From Mobula hypostoma (taxonomy: Eukaryota), in contig NC_086097.1 in NCBI RefSeq assembly GCF_963921235.1, positions 62,312,001 to 62,376,000 of the forward strand: 64,000 nt of DNA, written 5' to 3'. The number at the start of each line of letters is the position of its first letter. The first letter of the stretch is position 1. Shown here piece after piece: positions 62,490-64,000 of the stretch. A program made the position numbers and the translations under genes. The notes beneath the pieces were generated by a model. That model saw nothing but the letters and a program-made list of their open reading frames with translations, made no database searches and was not told the origin of the DNA.

Positions 62490-64000
62490 CCAGATAAGAC
62501 CCTGGGGCCTGATGGAATATTCCCCAGGCTGCTCCAGGAGGCGAGGGAAGAGATTGCTGAGCCTCTGGCTAGGGTCTTTATGTACTCGTTGTCTACGGGA
62601 ATGGTACTGGAGGATTGCAGGGAGGCGAATGTTGTCCCCTTGTTCAAAAAAGGTAGTAGGGATAGTCCGGGTAATTATAGACCAGTGAGCCTTACGTCTG
62701 TAGTGGGAAAGCTGTTGGAAAAGATTCTTAGAGATAGGATCTATGGGCATTTAGAGAATCATGGTCTGATCAGGGACAGTTAGCATGGCTTTGTGAAGGG
62801 CAGATCGTGTCTAACAAGCCTGATAGAGTTCTTTGAGGAGCTGACTAGGCATATAGATGAGGGTAGTGCAGTGGATGTGATCTACATGGATTTTAATAAG
62901 GCACTTGACAAGGTTCCACACGGTAGGCTTATTCAGAAAGTCAGAAGGCATGGGATCCAGGGAAGTTTGGCCAGGTGGATTCAGAATTGGCTTGCCTGCA
63001 GAAGGCAGAGTGTGGTGGTGGAGGGAGTACATTCGGATTGGAGAGTTGTAGCTAGTGGTGTCCCACAAGGATCAGTTCTGTGACCTCTACTTTTCGTGAT
63101 TTTTATTAATGTCCTGGATGTGGGGGTAGAACAGTGGGTTGACAAGTTTGCAGACAACACAAAGGTTGGTGGTGTAGATAGTGTAGAGGATTGTCGAAGA
63201 TTCCAGAGAGACATTGATAGGATGAAGAAGTGGGCTGAGAAGTGGCAGATGGCGTTCAACCCGAAGAAGTGTGAGGTGGTACACTTTGGAAGGACAAACT
63301 CCGAGGCAGAGTACAAAGTAAATGGCAGGATACTTGGTAGTGTTGAGGAGCTGAGGTATCTGTGGCTGCATGTCCACAGATCCCTGAAAGTTGCCTCACA
63401 GGTAGATAGGGTAGTTAAGAAAGCTTGTGGGGTGTTATCTTTCATAAATTGAGGGATAGAGTCTAAGAGTGGCGAGGTAATGATGCAGCTCTATAAAACT
63501 CTGGTTAGCCCACACTTGGAGTACTGTGTCCAGTTCTGGTCACCTCACTATAGGAAGGATGTGGAAGCATTGGAAAGGGTACGGGGGAGATTTACCAGGA
63601 TGCTGTCTGGTTTAGGGAGTATGGATTATAATTAGAGATTAAGGGAGCTAGGGCTTTACTCTTTGGAGAGAAGGAGGATGAGAGGAGATATGATAGAGGT
63701 ATACAAGATAGTAAGAGGAATAGACAGAGTGGATAGCCAGCGCCTCTTCCCCAGGGCACCACTGCTCAAAACAAGAAAACATGGCTTTAAGGTAAGGGGT
63801 GGGAAGTTCAAGGGGGATATTAGAGGAAGGTTTTTTACTCAGAGAGTGGTTGGTGAGTGGAATGCACTGCCTGAGTCAGTGGTGGAGGCAGATACACTAG
63901 TGAAATTTAAGAGACTGCTAGACAGGTATATGGAGGAATTTAAGGTGGTTATATGGGAGACAGGGTTTGAGGGTTGGAACAACATTGTGGACCAAAGGGC
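62490..64000 (+). mobile_element. 5'-truncated CR1 LINE RT, running to the window end
   Basis: PGNYRPVSLTS, YMDFNKALDKVPH, GVPQGSVL, DKFADNTK. Confidence 0.95.

Noticed and set aside
1..64000. CRISPR array or prokaryotic operon
   Set aside because: No regularly spaced repeat-spacer structure and no gene-dense organisation; the recurring 36-bp motif is the dispersed Penelope hammerhead.

Overview
This is eukaryotic DNA, not prokaryotic. It is a vertebrate intergenic or intronic region made mostly of layered transposable elements. The repeat mix (abundant CR1 LINEs, tRNA-derived V-type SINEs with CR1/Rex tails, Rex1/Babar LINEs, Penelope-like elements) suggests a cartilaginous fish, probably a ray; that assignment is an inference. 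I found no intact host protein-coding gene, rRNA, genuine tRNA or CRISPR array, and almost every ORF in the track is a broken CR1, Rex, Penelope, Gypsy, Tc1, hAT or L1 frame. Main points of interest: (1) a Neptune-type Penelope family whose 3' repeat carries a minimal type-I hammerhead ribozyme, with four intact and several decayed copies and three insertions showing 13-14 bp target-site duplications; (2) an internally deleted Gypsy/chromovirus-like element whose two LTRs each end in a tRNA-Glu-like sequence; (3) a four-level nest, CR1 > Tc1 > L1 > (Penelope plus a non-coding retroposon); (4) a MITE family with 13-bp TIRs and 6-bp TSDs; (5) a local inverted duplication that preserves the empty site of a hAT insertion. 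Boundaries of old, decayed elements are approximate; TSD, TIR and ribozyme coordinates were read base by base.
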